DNA from: an uncultured Nitrospiraceae bacterium
Lineage (GTDB): Bacteria > Nitrospirota > Thermodesulfovibrionia > Thermodesulfovibrionales > Dissulfurispiraceae
NCBI GenBank assembly: GCA_963705105.1
Contig: CAVPIW010000009.1
Location: 32,001 to 96,000 of the forward strand
DNA length: 64,000 bases
Direction of reading: 5' to 3'
A model generated the notes under the pieces. It was given only the letters and a program-made list of their open reading frames with translations. It did no database searches and was not told where the DNA came from. The translations under genes and the position numbers were made by a program. This document shows, piece after piece, positions 18,742 to 28,333 of the stretch; within the stretch, counting starts at the first letter, position 1; every line of letters starts with the position of its first letter.

Positions 18742-19732
18742 GTTTGTCCTCCTCTCTGTGTCCTCCCGGCTTTCCTCCGCCCTCTTCATCCCTGTTTTTC
18801 GTCGCTGCGTAGCAGAGCCCGAGTAGTGCGGGCCAGATGGTCAGCACAAGGGGGACGGCGGAGAGAAACCCCTTGGTGTTCTCGACGAGCGGGTCCTTCT
18901 GCGTGTACTTCGGAAAGCCGAGATTTTCGAAAGGCACTCCCCCGATATACATCCAGCTTGTGCCGCCGAATTCGTGCTCCCCGAAGATGTGATGAACATA
19001 ACGGTCGGGGTGCTTCATGATCTTTTCCCGGCCCAGAGCGATCAGGTCCCTCCTTCTGCCGAATGTGACCGCACCGGTCGGACAGGCCTCGGCGCAGGCC
19101 GTCGGTCTGCCCTTCGAGATCCTGTGGTGGCACATGGTGCACTTGACGATCTTCGGCTCCAGGGCGCTTTCGTAATCGTAGGCCGGGACATAAAAGGGGC
19201 ATGCGACCATGCAATACCGGCAGCCGAAGCATTTGTCAGGATCATACAGGACGGCGCCTTCCTTTGTCTTCGTGTACGCGTGGAGCGGGCAGGCCGAGAA
19301 GCAGGCCGGCTCGTTGCAGTGATTGCACTGGACCTTCCGGTAGATGAACTCGTCTTTTTTCTTCGGATCGGGAAACCTGTTCACGACCGTGTACGCTGAA
19401 GCGGTCGGTCTCCGCTGTTCCGAAAACACTCCCTTGCTGTCAAAGGGCATATCAGGCCTCGGGAGCCCGTTTTCCTCATTGCACGCCTTTTCGCAGCTCC
19501 TGCACCCCACGCAGAGCGTCAGGTCCGTGAGCAGGCCGTAGCTGTTCGGCCAGCCCTCCAGTTCCCTGGCGCGGACATCGCGGGAACTGCCGATCAGGGC
19601 TGTTCCGCCGACCGTCGCCAGAGCTCCCAGGAAATGTCTCCTGCTGATCATGGCGCCTCCTGACTTTCCGCCGTCGTCCCGACGGGGAAGGTCTTCACCT
19701 TCAAATGGTTTATTCCCTCTCTTTGCGGACAT
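18734..19732 (-). CDS. Tat-exported 4Fe-4S dicluster protein (HmcB/HybA-like)
   Basis: SRRHFL Tat motif, CVGCRSCEKAC, CNHCNEPACFSACP, CFGCRYCMVACP, KCTMC, EFGGTS and a C-terminal TM. Confidence 0.92.
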   Translation of the reverse strand: MSAKRGNKPFEGEDLPRRDDGGKSGGAMISRRHFLGALATVGGTALIGSSRDVRARELEGWPNSYGLLTDLTLCVGCRSCEKACNEENGLPRPDMPFDSKGVFSEQRRPTASAYTVVNRFPDPKKKDEFIYRKVQCNHCNEPACFSACPLHAYTKTKEGAVLYDPDKCFGCRYCMVACPFYVPAYDYESALEPKIVKCTMCHHRISKGRPTACAEACPTGAVTFGRRRDLIALGREKIMKHPDRYVHHIFGEHEFGGTSWMYIGGVPFENLGFPKYTQKDPLVENTKGFLSAVPLVLTIWPALLGLCYAATKNRDEEGGGKPGGHREEDKHE

Positions 19733-19772
19733 GAAATCCTCCTCACTCCTCTTCTGCTCGTTCCATACATAT

Positions 19773-20264
19773 TCATTTCCGGACGCTTGCCTGCTGCTTC
19801 CCATGCTGGGCCTGCCAGTGGCACAGCTCGGTGCATCCCTTCGGGTCCTGCCCGACATTCGCTATACCCCTGTGACATTGGAGGCAGGCCCTGTGGTAGG
19901 CGACCTTCAGGCCCGGCATGCTGGGGTGTTCGGGGTTAAAAGTCCCGTGGCACTTCCCGCAGGGCAGAAAGCCTTTTTCCGCCGTCTGCCTGAAATCCCT
20001 GACGCCGAGGGTGTGGCATTCCCTACAAACCGGAGTTTCGTAGTTCCCGTGCTCGTGGTGACACATCGAGCACCGTCCCGCCACCGATACATGTTTTTCG
20101 TGATGAAAGATCACACCGCCGTATCGGTCGGCGAGACTGTCGATGAGCACGACTCTCGGCGCCCCTTTTTTGGTCCTCTCGACCGTCCCCGTTTCGGCGA
20201 CGACGGACGAGAGGGTTGCCGTGTAAATCCCGATGATGATCAGTATCATGAACGCGTGTTTCAT
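19773..20264 (-). CDS. Class III (c3-type) cytochrome c
   Basis: Signal peptide, FHHEKH, CSMCH, CRECH, CGKCH, AYHRACLQCH and CTELCH. Confidence 0.88.
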   Translation of the reverse strand: MKHAFMILIIIGIYTATLSSVVAETGTVERTKKGAPRVVLIDSLADRYGGVIFHHEKHVSVAGRCSMCHHEHGNYETPVCRECHTLGVRDFRQTAEKGFLPCGKCHGTFNPEHPSMPGLKVAYHRACLQCHRGIANVGQDPKGCTELCHWQAQHGKQQASVRK

Positions 20265-20292
20265 ACGCCACTCCTCCTTCGGTTACCGGGTG

Positions 20293-20700
20293 TCACTCCT
20301 TCTTGTCCTCGCCGGTATCGTCCTTCTTCTCCTCTTCCTGCTTCTTGCCGGAGAAGTATGCCTCGGAAGGTCTCCATCCGAATGAGGCATGGTGCGTGAA
20401 GAGCCTGGCGACGCCGCTGACCAGCGCCGGCACAATGGCGAAGAGGAAACCGAAGGGCAGCATGACGATGTACAGCAGCCCGATGAAGGGCGCCGCCAGG
20501 ACCCGCCCGACCGTCTTCATCGTCGAATCGGTCCCCGCCTTCCTGAGATGCTCCAGGTCCTCTCCGCCCTCTTCGATGAGTTTCTTGAAGGGCTTCGGCT
20601 TCAGGATCTCATTGTAGATAATGTAGCCGGCGATGAAGAATACGGCCAGAAAATACTCGACTCCCTTGACATGGGTGAGAAAATCTACGACTGTGTTCAT
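20293..20700 (-). CDS. Small membrane protein (FGWRP motif), paralog 1
   Basis: GGAGG RBS, TM segments and PFIGLLYIVMLPF...SFGWRPSEAYFSGKK. Confidence 0.8.
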   Translation of the reverse strand: MNTVVDFLTHVKGVEYFLAVFFIAGYIIYNEILKPKPFKKLIEEGGEDLEHLRKAGTDSTMKTVGRVLAAPFIGLLYIVMLPFGFLFAIVPALVSGVARLFTHHASFGWRPSEAYFSGKKQEEEKKDDTGEDKKE

Positions 20701-20745
20701 TGTGTCCTCCTTTTCCGGTCATCCTGCGTGCATGCAGGACCGTCT

Positions 20746-21093
20746 TCACTTCTTGTCCGGACCGTCTTCCTTTTTCTTCTTCCCCGCGAGATAGGACTCG
20801 CTGGGTCTCCATCCGAACGATACGAGATTCTTGATCAGACTGACACCCAGCCCGACTCCCTTCCGGGCGATCGCCGCCATGATGGTCGCGATGCCGATAA
20901 AGGGAAGGCAGATCACATAGGCGAGTCCGATGAAGGGACCCATGATCACCATGACAGCCGGTGATAAACGGTAATAACTCGATTTGTCGTCACCCGGCAG
21001 AGTGCCGTCACGGTCCACATCGAGCCTCATCCCGTCGGCTGCGCTCCAGTACGTCCCTCTTCCTACCTTCTGTCCTCCATGAAAGATCAACAT
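20746..21093 (-). CDS. Small membrane protein (FGWRP motif), paralog 2
   Basis: GGAGG RBS and PFIGLAYVICLPF...SFGWRPSESYLAGKK. Confidence 0.8.
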   Translation of the reverse strand: MLIFHGGQKVGRGTYWSAADGMRLDVDRDGTLPGDDKSSYYRLSPAVMVIMGPFIGLAYVICLPFIGIATIMAAIARKGVGLGVSLIKNLVSFGWRPSESYLAGKKKKEDGPDKK

Positions 21094-21297
21094 TGGTGTT
21101 CACCTCCTTTTATGGAACCCTCTTCGATCTTCATGATTTAAGTCTAACGGACATTCGGTCAAAATATAATGAGAAGAACCTCTTACGGGAGTCGGAAAAA
21201 GTTCTTAGACGGCGGGGTTTTTTTGCTTGAGTTGAATGGAGAGGAAGGCCCGATCCGGCCTGAGGACTCAGCACTTCTCAGGAGAAGGCGGGGCTGG

Positions 21298-21825
21298 TTA
21301 TCTGATCATGCTCTCGGCTATGCGGATGACCTCTGCGGGCGTCGACCGCATGCTGACACGCATATGGTATGGCCCTTCACGCCATTCCACGCGGCTGCAG
21401 ATCCCCGTTCCCCCGCATTCCCCGGTCTCGAGGAGCGCGTCTTTCTCCCGCAACTTGTAGGAAAGGCGCTCTTTCACGGGCCGGATTCTTATCTTTTCGG
21501 AAGGAGGAAAATCAGCGGAGGCGGCTTGCGTAATCACGACAGCGGTTTCACCCTGCAGCTCGTTTCTGAATTCCAGCACGACGGCTACATAGGGCCTGGT
21601 CTGAGCCATTATTTCGGTGGGCGGCCAGGACAGGTTCTGTGGTATATAAGCGGGCACGTGGAGGTCCCTGATCTTTAATTTTTCTCTCATCTCCTCGATC
21701 GTCCCGTACCTCTTCATCGACCCTTCCTGCAGCACCTGGGGCAGCCAGTTGGTGATCGAGAGGAATATGACGACAAACGCCACACCGAAAAGAAAGAGGA
21801 GAGTCCCTATGAGATTCCTTTTCAT
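21298..21825 (-). CDS. Hypothetical membrane-anchored protein
   Basis: MKRNLIGTLLFLFGVAFVVIFL N-terminal TM in an ORF co-oriented with its neighbours. Confidence 0.7.
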   Translation of the reverse strand: MKRNLIGTLLFLFGVAFVVIFLSITNWLPQVLQEGSMKRYGTIEEMREKLKIRDLHVPAYIPQNLSWPPTEIMAQTRPYVAVVLEFRNELQGETAVVITQAASADFPPSEKIRIRPVKERLSYKLREKDALLETGECGGTGICSRVEWREGPYHMRVSMRSTPAEVIRIAESMIR

Positions 21826-21892
21826 ATGCTTCCGTCCGCAACTGGTACAAAAGGTACCCCGCCGCATAAAGCGATGTCAAGAAGGGCCGGGA

Positions 21893-22882
21893 TCATACGA
21901 CGAAAAAATTCAGCACCACAACTGCCAGGAGCGTCAGCACCCAGGGGTACCATGCCCCCTCCTCTCTTCCCGCCCGGTCGTCTCCGAGCCTGCTGATCCT
22001 GCTCTCGATCTGCAGGTTGTGGCTGTATTGGATAAGTTTCTCTCCCGAGTCGACCTTGTTGCCTTCTTTGCCCGTTTCACCACCCGGCATGTGGTAGAAC
22101 TTCTTCAGCACCCCGGCGAGCGCCTCAGGCTTCCCGGTGACGGCGACGGCGGCATCGTCGCAGATTTTTTCCTCAAGTTGGACGATTCTCCTGAATTCGA
22201 GCAGGACGACGGGATTGAAAAACATGAGGACGCGCAGGAAGAACACGACCATAAGAACGGGCCGCTTGTTCCGGTCTATATGGGCGAGTTCATGCACGAG
22301 GGCAGCCTTGAGCTGGTCCTCTGTCAAATCATGCACAAGCCCTGACGAGATAACGACCGCCGTCTCCCCTTTTGTGTTCGAATAGAGAAACATCTCGTCG
22401 CTTTCGACGACATGTACAGCGGGCAGAGGTCCGGGAAGGGCAGTGCGTACCCGCTGCAACAGCTGATCGTCCGCCCCGTTCGGCGACGTGGAAGGCGGGG
22501 CCGATCCGCCGGCGTGCTTCACGATCGGGATGAGCTCCTGAAAGACGAAGACCGCTGTGGTGATGGCGAGAACGGCGAGCAGGAGCGTTGCTGCGAGGGG
22601 CACGGCGCCCCACAGATCGATTGTCAGCCAGCGGTTGCTGTCAAAGAGGGCGTTAATCCTGAACGACACGGAACCCCTCGACGGGAACAGTGCCTGATAG
22701 AGCGGGAAAGAGAGGACCGGGAGGGTTATGACGAGCAGGGCGAAGCGCTGACGGGCAAGGGGGTTCTCGATCGCCCAGACCCTGATGGCCATCTCTGCAA
22801 GGAGGAGAGCAACGAGAGAGTGGCAGCATGCCTGGACTATGAACATGCCCGGATAGGATGCGAAAAAGCTCGACAGGCTCAT
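21893..22882 (-). CDS. M56/M48 (BlaR1-like) membrane metallopeptidase
   Basis: HELAH zinc motif, FFNP, EKICDD and multiple TMs. Confidence 0.85.
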   Translation of the reverse strand: MSLSSFFASYPGMFIVQACCHSLVALLLAEMAIRVWAIENPLARQRFALLVITLPVLSFPLYQALFPSRGSVSFRINALFDSNRWLTIDLWGAVPLAATLLLAVLAITTAVFVFQELIPIVKHAGGSAPPSTSPNGADDQLLQRVRTALPGPLPAVHVVESDEMFLYSNTKGETAVVISSGLVHDLTEDQLKAALVHELAHIDRNKRPVLMVVFFLRVLMFFNPVVLLEFRRIVQLEEKICDDAAVAVTGKPEALAGVLKKFYHMPGGETGKEGNKVDSGEKLIQYSHNLQIESRISRLGDDRAGREEGAWYPWVLTLLAVVVLNFFVV

Positions 22883-22913
22883 CGGTTTTCGGTGCCGGGC
22901 AGGTGAGCGCCGG

Positions 22914-24686
22914 TTAGCCCATGGACAGGGTCACCGGCAGCTCTATCGTGCAGACCGTTCCCTCGCCGGGACTGGTCGTCACATCCATAGGCATCCCCAT
23001 CATCGCCGAAAGTTCGCGGGCAATGACGATGCCGGCAGGTTCATGATCCGAATTGCCCCCTCCGCCCGCATCTGCAACGATCACTTCGGCGGACTCCCTT
23101 CCGTCCCGGACGAGCAGTGTCGCGAGGCAGGTGACCGTGCCGGCGGCGGCGGACAGGGCGGCGCTTCTCAGCAGGCTGACGATGATCCTCCTCAGGCATT
23201 CCTTGTCAGCCTCAATGTTGCGGTCGTGAAAGACCTCGTGGCAATCCACGATGAGATCCCCTTCCCCGGCGTCCATGGCTCCCCGGAGGGCCTCCTCGAT
23301 TTCGGACAGGAGGATGCAGAGATTGAACTGGCCGGGAGCAATCGATGCCTCGCCTCTCTTCAGCCTGACGAGGAAGGACAGGTCATCGAGGACTTGGCGG
23401 AGACCGGCGGCAGCCTCACGGGCCCGGAGAAGCGGCACCGTGTCCTTCGCCGCTATGCCCTTTTTCTCAAATGCCGCGGAAATACCGACAGCGATGTCAT
23501 CAAGAAAAGGCGCCGCAAGAGCGGGGAGATGCTCGATGGGCTGCTGCACCGTCAGATCCTGAACGATCCCTTCCGTCCCGGCCTCCTCTGCACGCTTCTC
23601 TGCTGACGCCCCGAGAGACCTGATGGCCGACCGCAGGGCCAGCATCTCTCCCTTGTATGTCTCCTGGAAGTCCGTCATTTTGCCGCCTTCCGTGGCGATC
23701 CAGAGCGCCGATTGCAGCTCCGCGGCAGGTCTCGTGATGAGACGACCTGAACGCGCTGCAAGGACGACGAGGAAAAGCAGCAAAAGCATGCCGAAGCCAC
23801 CATAGGCGATGACGACCGGCAACGGCGGCAGGGCGATGCCGGAGGGTCCCGCATTGTAGATGAGATGAAAGGGCGCGTTCCGGAGGTTCAGCGAGGCGAA
23901 GGTGCTGTCGTCCTTCCTGTAGGGAACTCCGTCCCTGTTATGGGGTTCCAGCAGGCGTATACTCTTCGCGGGAATACCCTCACGCGTCATGATGACGGCA
24001 TAGGTCCTGTCGGTGAGCACGACGCCCTCCTGACCGGTCCTTCCCTCGAAACCGAGAAGCCCTTTCAGGTCGCCCGGATCGGCAAGGGTATAGAGGAGAG
24101 CGACCCGCTCATGGGTCGCATTGAGGATCGGCGTGACGAGAAGGATCCCGTAGTCCGCATCGCCGAACTGCTCCATGCCCAGCACCTCCGTCGTTTTCAG
24201 CTCCTCCGTTTCCTTCCTGAAGAAGGGCTTTTCAGACCAGTCGTCGCCGGCGAAGTCGGGATTGCTGCTCGACAGCACCCTGCCGTCCTTCGAAAGGAGG
24301 ACAAAAAGGCGGTACCTCCCCGACGATGCCTTGTCCCGCAGGCATTCCGTGATGATGAGCTGAGACAACGAGAGCCCGCCCCGGCGGTTGACTCCAGGAC
24401 TGTTCACTTGCCCGGACGGTGTGCCGAGGAGCATGAGGAGGTTTCCCCTGAGGACGCTCATGCGGGAAAAATTCTCGATGTCGTTTTTCAGAAAGGCGAA
24501 CCACGAATCGACGGCAAGCCTCTTTTCGAAGATCACCCTGCCGGCCCGGACGTCCGACTCATGGGCCGGATACAGGCTGGTCCAGGCGACGTAGGCTATC
24601 CCGCAGGAGAGGTAGAGAAGAAAAAGGATGCCCAGGGGGATGACGGCCAGCCGGGAGCCGAGGCGACTGAAAAAACCCGTCTTCAT
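22914..24686 (-). CDS. Cache-domain sensor protein with degenerate histidine-kinase module
   Basis: TM-Cache-TM-HAMP-like, then HATPase-like remnants (VADAGGG, PGEGTVCTIELP). No canonical H-box His is visible. Confidence 0.65.
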   Translation of the reverse strand: MKTGFFSRLGSRLAVIPLGILFLLYLSCGIAYVAWTSLYPAHESDVRAGRVIFEKRLAVDSWFAFLKNDIENFSRMSVLRGNLLMLLGTPSGQVNSPGVNRRGGLSLSQLIITECLRDKASSGRYRLFVLLSKDGRVLSSSNPDFAGDDWSEKPFFRKETEELKTTEVLGMEQFGDADYGILLVTPILNATHERVALLYTLADPGDLKGLLGFEGRTGQEGVVLTDRTYAVIMTREGIPAKSIRLLEPHNRDGVPYRKDDSTFASLNLRNAPFHLIYNAGPSGIALPPLPVVIAYGGFGMLLLLFLVVLAARSGRLITRPAAELQSALWIATEGGKMTDFQETYKGEMLALRSAIRSLGASAEKRAEEAGTEGIVQDLTVQQPIEHLPALAAPFLDDIAVGISAAFEKKGIAAKDTVPLLRAREAAAGLRQVLDDLSFLVRLKRGEASIAPGQFNLCILLSEIEEALRGAMDAGEGDLIVDCHEVFHDRNIEADKECLRRIIVSLLRSAALSAAAGTVTCLATLLVRDGRESAEVIVADAGGGGNSDHEPAGIVIARELSAMMGMPMDVTTSPGEGTVCTIELPVTLSMG

Positions 24687-26227
24687 GCGCCCCTGCCCCG
24701 GCGATCGAGGGTCCGCACCGTTTTCAGGAGGGCCTCGGCCTTTCTCAGGGTCTCATAGTACTCCCGCTCGGGATCGGAATCGGCGACGATGCCCGCGCCG
24801 ACCTGGACGTAGGCGAAGCCGTCCCGGACCATGAAAGTCCTGATGATGATGTTCAGATCCATGTCGCCGGAGAAGCCGACATATCCGAGTGAACCGGTGT
24901 AAACGCCACGCCGGACGGGCTCGAGCTCATCGATGATCTCCATGCACCGTACCTTCGGCACGCCCGTGATCGTGCCTCCCGGAAAGGTGGCCCTGATGAG
25001 GTCGTAACAGGTCTTCCCCTCCCGGAGCTCCCCCCTGACGTTGGAAACGATATGGATCACGTGCGAATAATCCTCGGTGATCATAAGCTCATCGACGAAA
25101 ACGGTCCCGAAGGCGGAGACCCTGCCGATGTCGTTCCGCTCCAGATCGATGAGCATGATGTGCTCGGCCCGCTCTTTCTCGTTGAGGAGGAGCTCGGACC
25201 TCATGAATTCGTCCTCCGAGACATCCCGGCCCCTCGGCCGCGTTCCCGCAATGGGCCGCGTGTCGATGACCCCCTTCCGGAGCCTTACGAGACGCTCCGG
25301 AGAGGAGCTCACGATCCGGTAATCGCCGAAGTCGACATACCCGGCAAAGGGTGACGGGTTGACAGTCCTCAGGACCCGGTAGATTTCCCAGGGATCCAGC
25401 GACCCGATCGAGACGGCGATGCGCTGGGACAGGTTCGCCTGGAAGATGTCGCCGGCGGCGATATACTCCTTGGCCCGCCTGACCATATCCATGTAATGCT
25501 CTTTCTTCATCTCGTAGATGATGTCGAGAGCCTGCCCCGTGGGAGTTTCAGGGGAAAGGGCGCCGTCCTCTTCGGCGGACAGGACAACCGTGCAGATATC
25601 ATGGAGCGCCTCCTCTGCCTCGTCATACGCTGCAGCCCAGTCGATGGTCGTGATGTCACGGAACCCCAGGTCCGTCTGCCGTGCGCCGGGCGCGACGATG
25701 ATCCAGGCCCTGTGCTGCATGTGGTCGAAGGCGATGACCTTGTCGACGAGGAGAAAGTGCGCGTCCGGCGTGCCGAGATCGTCCAGGGAGTTCGCCGGGA
25801 TGTCCTCTATGTAGCGGACGAAATCGTAGGAGAGCATGCCGATGGCGCCGCCCTGGAAGGGAGGAAGATCGGGCGACGGCTTCTGGGGATAGACACTCAG
25901 CAACTCGCCGAGACGGTCGAGGGGATCTCTGAAGGAGACGGTCTCCCTTCCGCCGGGCAGGGAGATCGTCCTGACTTCCCCACCCTTGACGCGGAATTCC
26001 ATGTAGGGATCGAAGGCAATAATGGAATGGACGGCGATCTTGTCGTTTCCCTTGAGGCTCTCGAAGATGACGGACCTGTCCGCAGATCCCCTTGAGCGGA
26101 CGATGGACCGGTAGAGCAGGTGAGGATCACAATACGGAATTTCAGCGGCCAGGGGAGGAACCCGTCCCGCTTTCACATCCTCAAGGAAAAGCCGCTTCTT
26201 TGCGTTTCCCTCAATGGGACGGTTCAT
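24683..26227 (-). CDS. Aminodeoxychorismate/anthranilate synthase component I (PabB/TrpE family)
   Basis: GDIFQANLSQR, SSPERL, RPIAGTRPRG, AEHIMLIDLERND, FPGGTITGVPK, GAGIVADS. Confidence 0.92.
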   Translation of the reverse strand: MNRPIEGNAKKRLFLEDVKAGRVPPLAAEIPYCDPHLLYRSIVRSRGSADRSVIFESLKGNDKIAVHSIIAFDPYMEFRVKGGEVRTISLPGGRETVSFRDPLDRLGELLSVYPQKPSPDLPPFQGGAIGMLSYDFVRYIEDIPANSLDDLGTPDAHFLLVDKVIAFDHMQHRAWIIVAPGARQTDLGFRDITTIDWAAAYDEAEEALHDICTVVLSAEEDGALSPETPTGQALDIIYEMKKEHYMDMVRRAKEYIAAGDIFQANLSQRIAVSIGSLDPWEIYRVLRTVNPSPFAGYVDFGDYRIVSSSPERLVRLRKGVIDTRPIAGTRPRGRDVSEDEFMRSELLLNEKERAEHIMLIDLERNDIGRVSAFGTVFVDELMITEDYSHVIHIVSNVRGELREGKTCYDLIRATFPGGTITGVPKVRCMEIIDELEPVRRGVYTGSLGYVGFSGDMDLNIIIRTFMVRDGFAYVQVGAGIVADSDPEREYYETLRKAEALLKTVRTLDRRGRGA

Positions 26228-26232
26228 GCCGC

Positions 26233-26781
26233 TCAGAGCCTCGGGAGGGTGATGCCGCGCTGGGCCTGATACTTTCCCGCCTTGTCGCGGTAAGAGATCC
26301 CGCAGACCTCCGACGCCTGGAGAAAGATGAGCTGGGCGATGCCCTCGTTGGCGTAGATCCTGGCCGGCAGGGGCGTGGTATTGGAGATCTCGACGGTCAC
26401 GTGACCCTCCCACTCCGGCTCAAGGGGCGTCACGGTGACGACGATGCCGCACCGCGCATAGGTCGATTTCCCGAGACAGATGACGAGCACATCCCGGGGG
26501 ATCCTGAAATACTCGATCGAGCTGGCAAGGGCGAAGGAGTTGGGGGGGATGAGGCAGACAGGCCCCTTGTGGTCGACGAAGCTCCGGGGATCGAAGCCCT
26601 TGGGATCCACGACGGTGCTGTTGATGTTCGTGAATATCTTGAACTCGTCACCGATCCTCATATCAAATCCGTAGGAGCTTACACCGTAGGATATGACACC
26701 TTCCCGCACCTGGCTCTCCTGAAAGGGCTCGATCATCCCCTTCCTGGCCATCTCCGTGATCCACCGGTCGTTTTTTACCAT
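26233..26781 (-). CDS. dcd: dCTP deaminase
   Basis: [35 protein letters not shown]. Confidence 0.97.
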   Translation of the reverse strand: MVKNDRWITEMARKGMIEPFQESQVREGVISYGVSSYGFDMRIGDEFKIFTNINSTVVDPKGFDPRSFVDHKGPVCLIPPNSFALASSIEYFRIPRDVLVICLGKSTYARCGIVVTVTPLEPEWEGHVTVEISNTTPLPARIYANEGIAQLIFLQASEVCGISYRDKAGKYQAQRGITLPRL

Positions 26782-26801
26782 ACTATCCTCATCAGTTATT
26801 A

Positions 26802-26855
26802 AGGCACTAAGTCAGTAGTCACTAGTCATTAGTCACTAAGTCATTCAGTCAACAG
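26802..26855. repeat. Degenerate short tandem repeat (AGTCAYT-like units)
   Basis: AAGTCAGT AGTCACT AGTCATT AGTCACT AAGTCATT CAGTCAAC in the dcd-hypC intergenic region. Confidence 0.7.
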
Positions 26856-26896
26856 CCGGAACCGTGCCACAAATACCCGGGAGACATCGCTGAATC

Positions 26897-27139
26897 TCAT
26901 TCCAAGGAACCGTCATCGTCGTACGCAGCGGCCATCTGCCGGAGCAGTTTGAGCGTCTCCTGGGCCGCTTCCTCGTCGAGGCTATGAATGGCGAAACCGG
27001 CGTGGACGAGCACGTAATCGCCGATCTTCGGCTCCTCCGGCAGCAGGAGCAGGCTCACCTTCTTCCTGGCCCCCGAAATGTCGACGGTGGCGACAAGGTC
27101 TTCGATCTCGATGATCCGTGACGGGATGGCAAGGCACAT
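26897..27139 (-). CDS. hypC: Hydrogenase maturation chaperone HypC
   Basis: MCLAIP...GDYVLVHAGFAI. Confidence 0.96.
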   Translation of the reverse strand: MCLAIPSRIIEIEDLVATVDISGARKKVSLLLLPEEPKIGDYVLVHAGFAIHSLDEEAAQETLKLLRQMAAAYDDDGSLE

Positions 27140-27247
27140 GGGCGGTTCCTTCCTCTTCTCCGGTGTGATAATACCTGAAATCCTACTATTTTCGCACGTC
27201 CGTCCTCGTGCCTGTCAATACCCCGGCCATTGGCGGCAATGAATAAG

Positions 27248-27865
27248 CCTATCAGCGTCAACTCCCTCCGGAAAGGCGGGGCGTATGCGCCATTCAAACA
27301 GCAGACATCTGATCAAAACCGCCCTGACGGGAAGGCTGATGTGGTGAAAAGCCTTTCCGCTAAGATACCTTGTTCATCCCCAGACCACACCTTGCCGTGT
27401 CGATCGATACCACAAGCCCGTCAGGCAACAGGCGCGGAACACCCGGAGATGTCTCATCATCGCATTGGAAAGGCCTTGAACCATATCTGCCTTCCCGGAG
27501 GGGGAGCAGACATCAGCAGGGCTTTGAGACGCTTCGCTCCGCCTTTCCACCGAGACGCGAACGCCTTCCGGAAAGGCGGGGTGGATGCGCCATTCCAACA
27601 GCAGACATCTGATCAAAACCGCCCTGACGGGAAGGCTGATGTGGTGAAAAGCCTTTCCGCTAAGATACCTTGTTCATCCCCAGACCACACCTTGCCGTGT
27701 CGATGGATACCACAAGCCCGTCAGGCAACAGGCGCGGAACACCCGGAGATGTCTCATCATCGCATTGGAAAGGCCTTGAACCATATCTGCCTTCCCGGAG
27801 GGGGAGCAGACATCAGCAGGGCTTTGAGACGCTTCGCCCCGCCTTTCCACCGAGGATTGAACGGG
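27248..27865 (+). mobile_element. MITE-like repeat, subtype C, with internal 300-bp tandem duplication
   Basis: Units start at 27268 and 27568, are near identical, and each has the GAAAGGCGGGG...CCGCCTTTC arms. Outer flanks are TAAG/TCAG. Confidence 0.88.
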
Positions 27866-28333
27866 TCAGCCTTTTCCCCGGCGTTCCCGGAAAAACCGCG
27901 TCAGCAGGGACGCGCATTCCTCACCGAGCACTCCCCTCTCGACAGCGACCTGGTGGTTCAGTCGAGGATCGGAGAGGATCCGGTAGAGGCTCACGACAGC
28001 TCCACCCTTCGGGTCGTCGCAGCCGTAGACCAACCTGCCGAGCCGCGCGTTGACCATCGTGCCGGCGCACATGACACAGGGTTCCTTCGTCACATAGACC
28101 GTGGCCCCGGTGAGCCTCCATGTGCCGAGGGACAACGCTGCCGAGCGCATGACGAGGACCTCCGCGTGGGCCGTCGGGTCGGAGGTCTTCTCTCTCTGGT
28201 TATGAGACGATGCGACGACGACACCATTCATGACAAGAACGGCCCCGACAGGGACGTCACCGTTCCGCAGCGCCTCTTCGGCCTCGCGGAGGGCGAGCGT
28301 CATGAATGCTTCGTCAGAAGCCAGTCCACCCAC
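27866..28333 (-). CDS. tadA: tRNA adenosine(34) deaminase
   Basis: VPVGAV, DPTAHAE, EPCVMC, LNH, FFRERR. Confidence 0.95.
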   Translation of the reverse strand: MGGLASDEAFMTLALREAEEALRNGDVPVGAVLVMNGVVVASSHNQREKTSDPTAHAEVLVMRSAALSLGTWRLTGATVYVTKEPCVMCAGTMVNARLGRLVYGCDDPKGGAVVSLYRILSDPRLNHQVAVERGVLGEECASLLTRFFRERRGKG

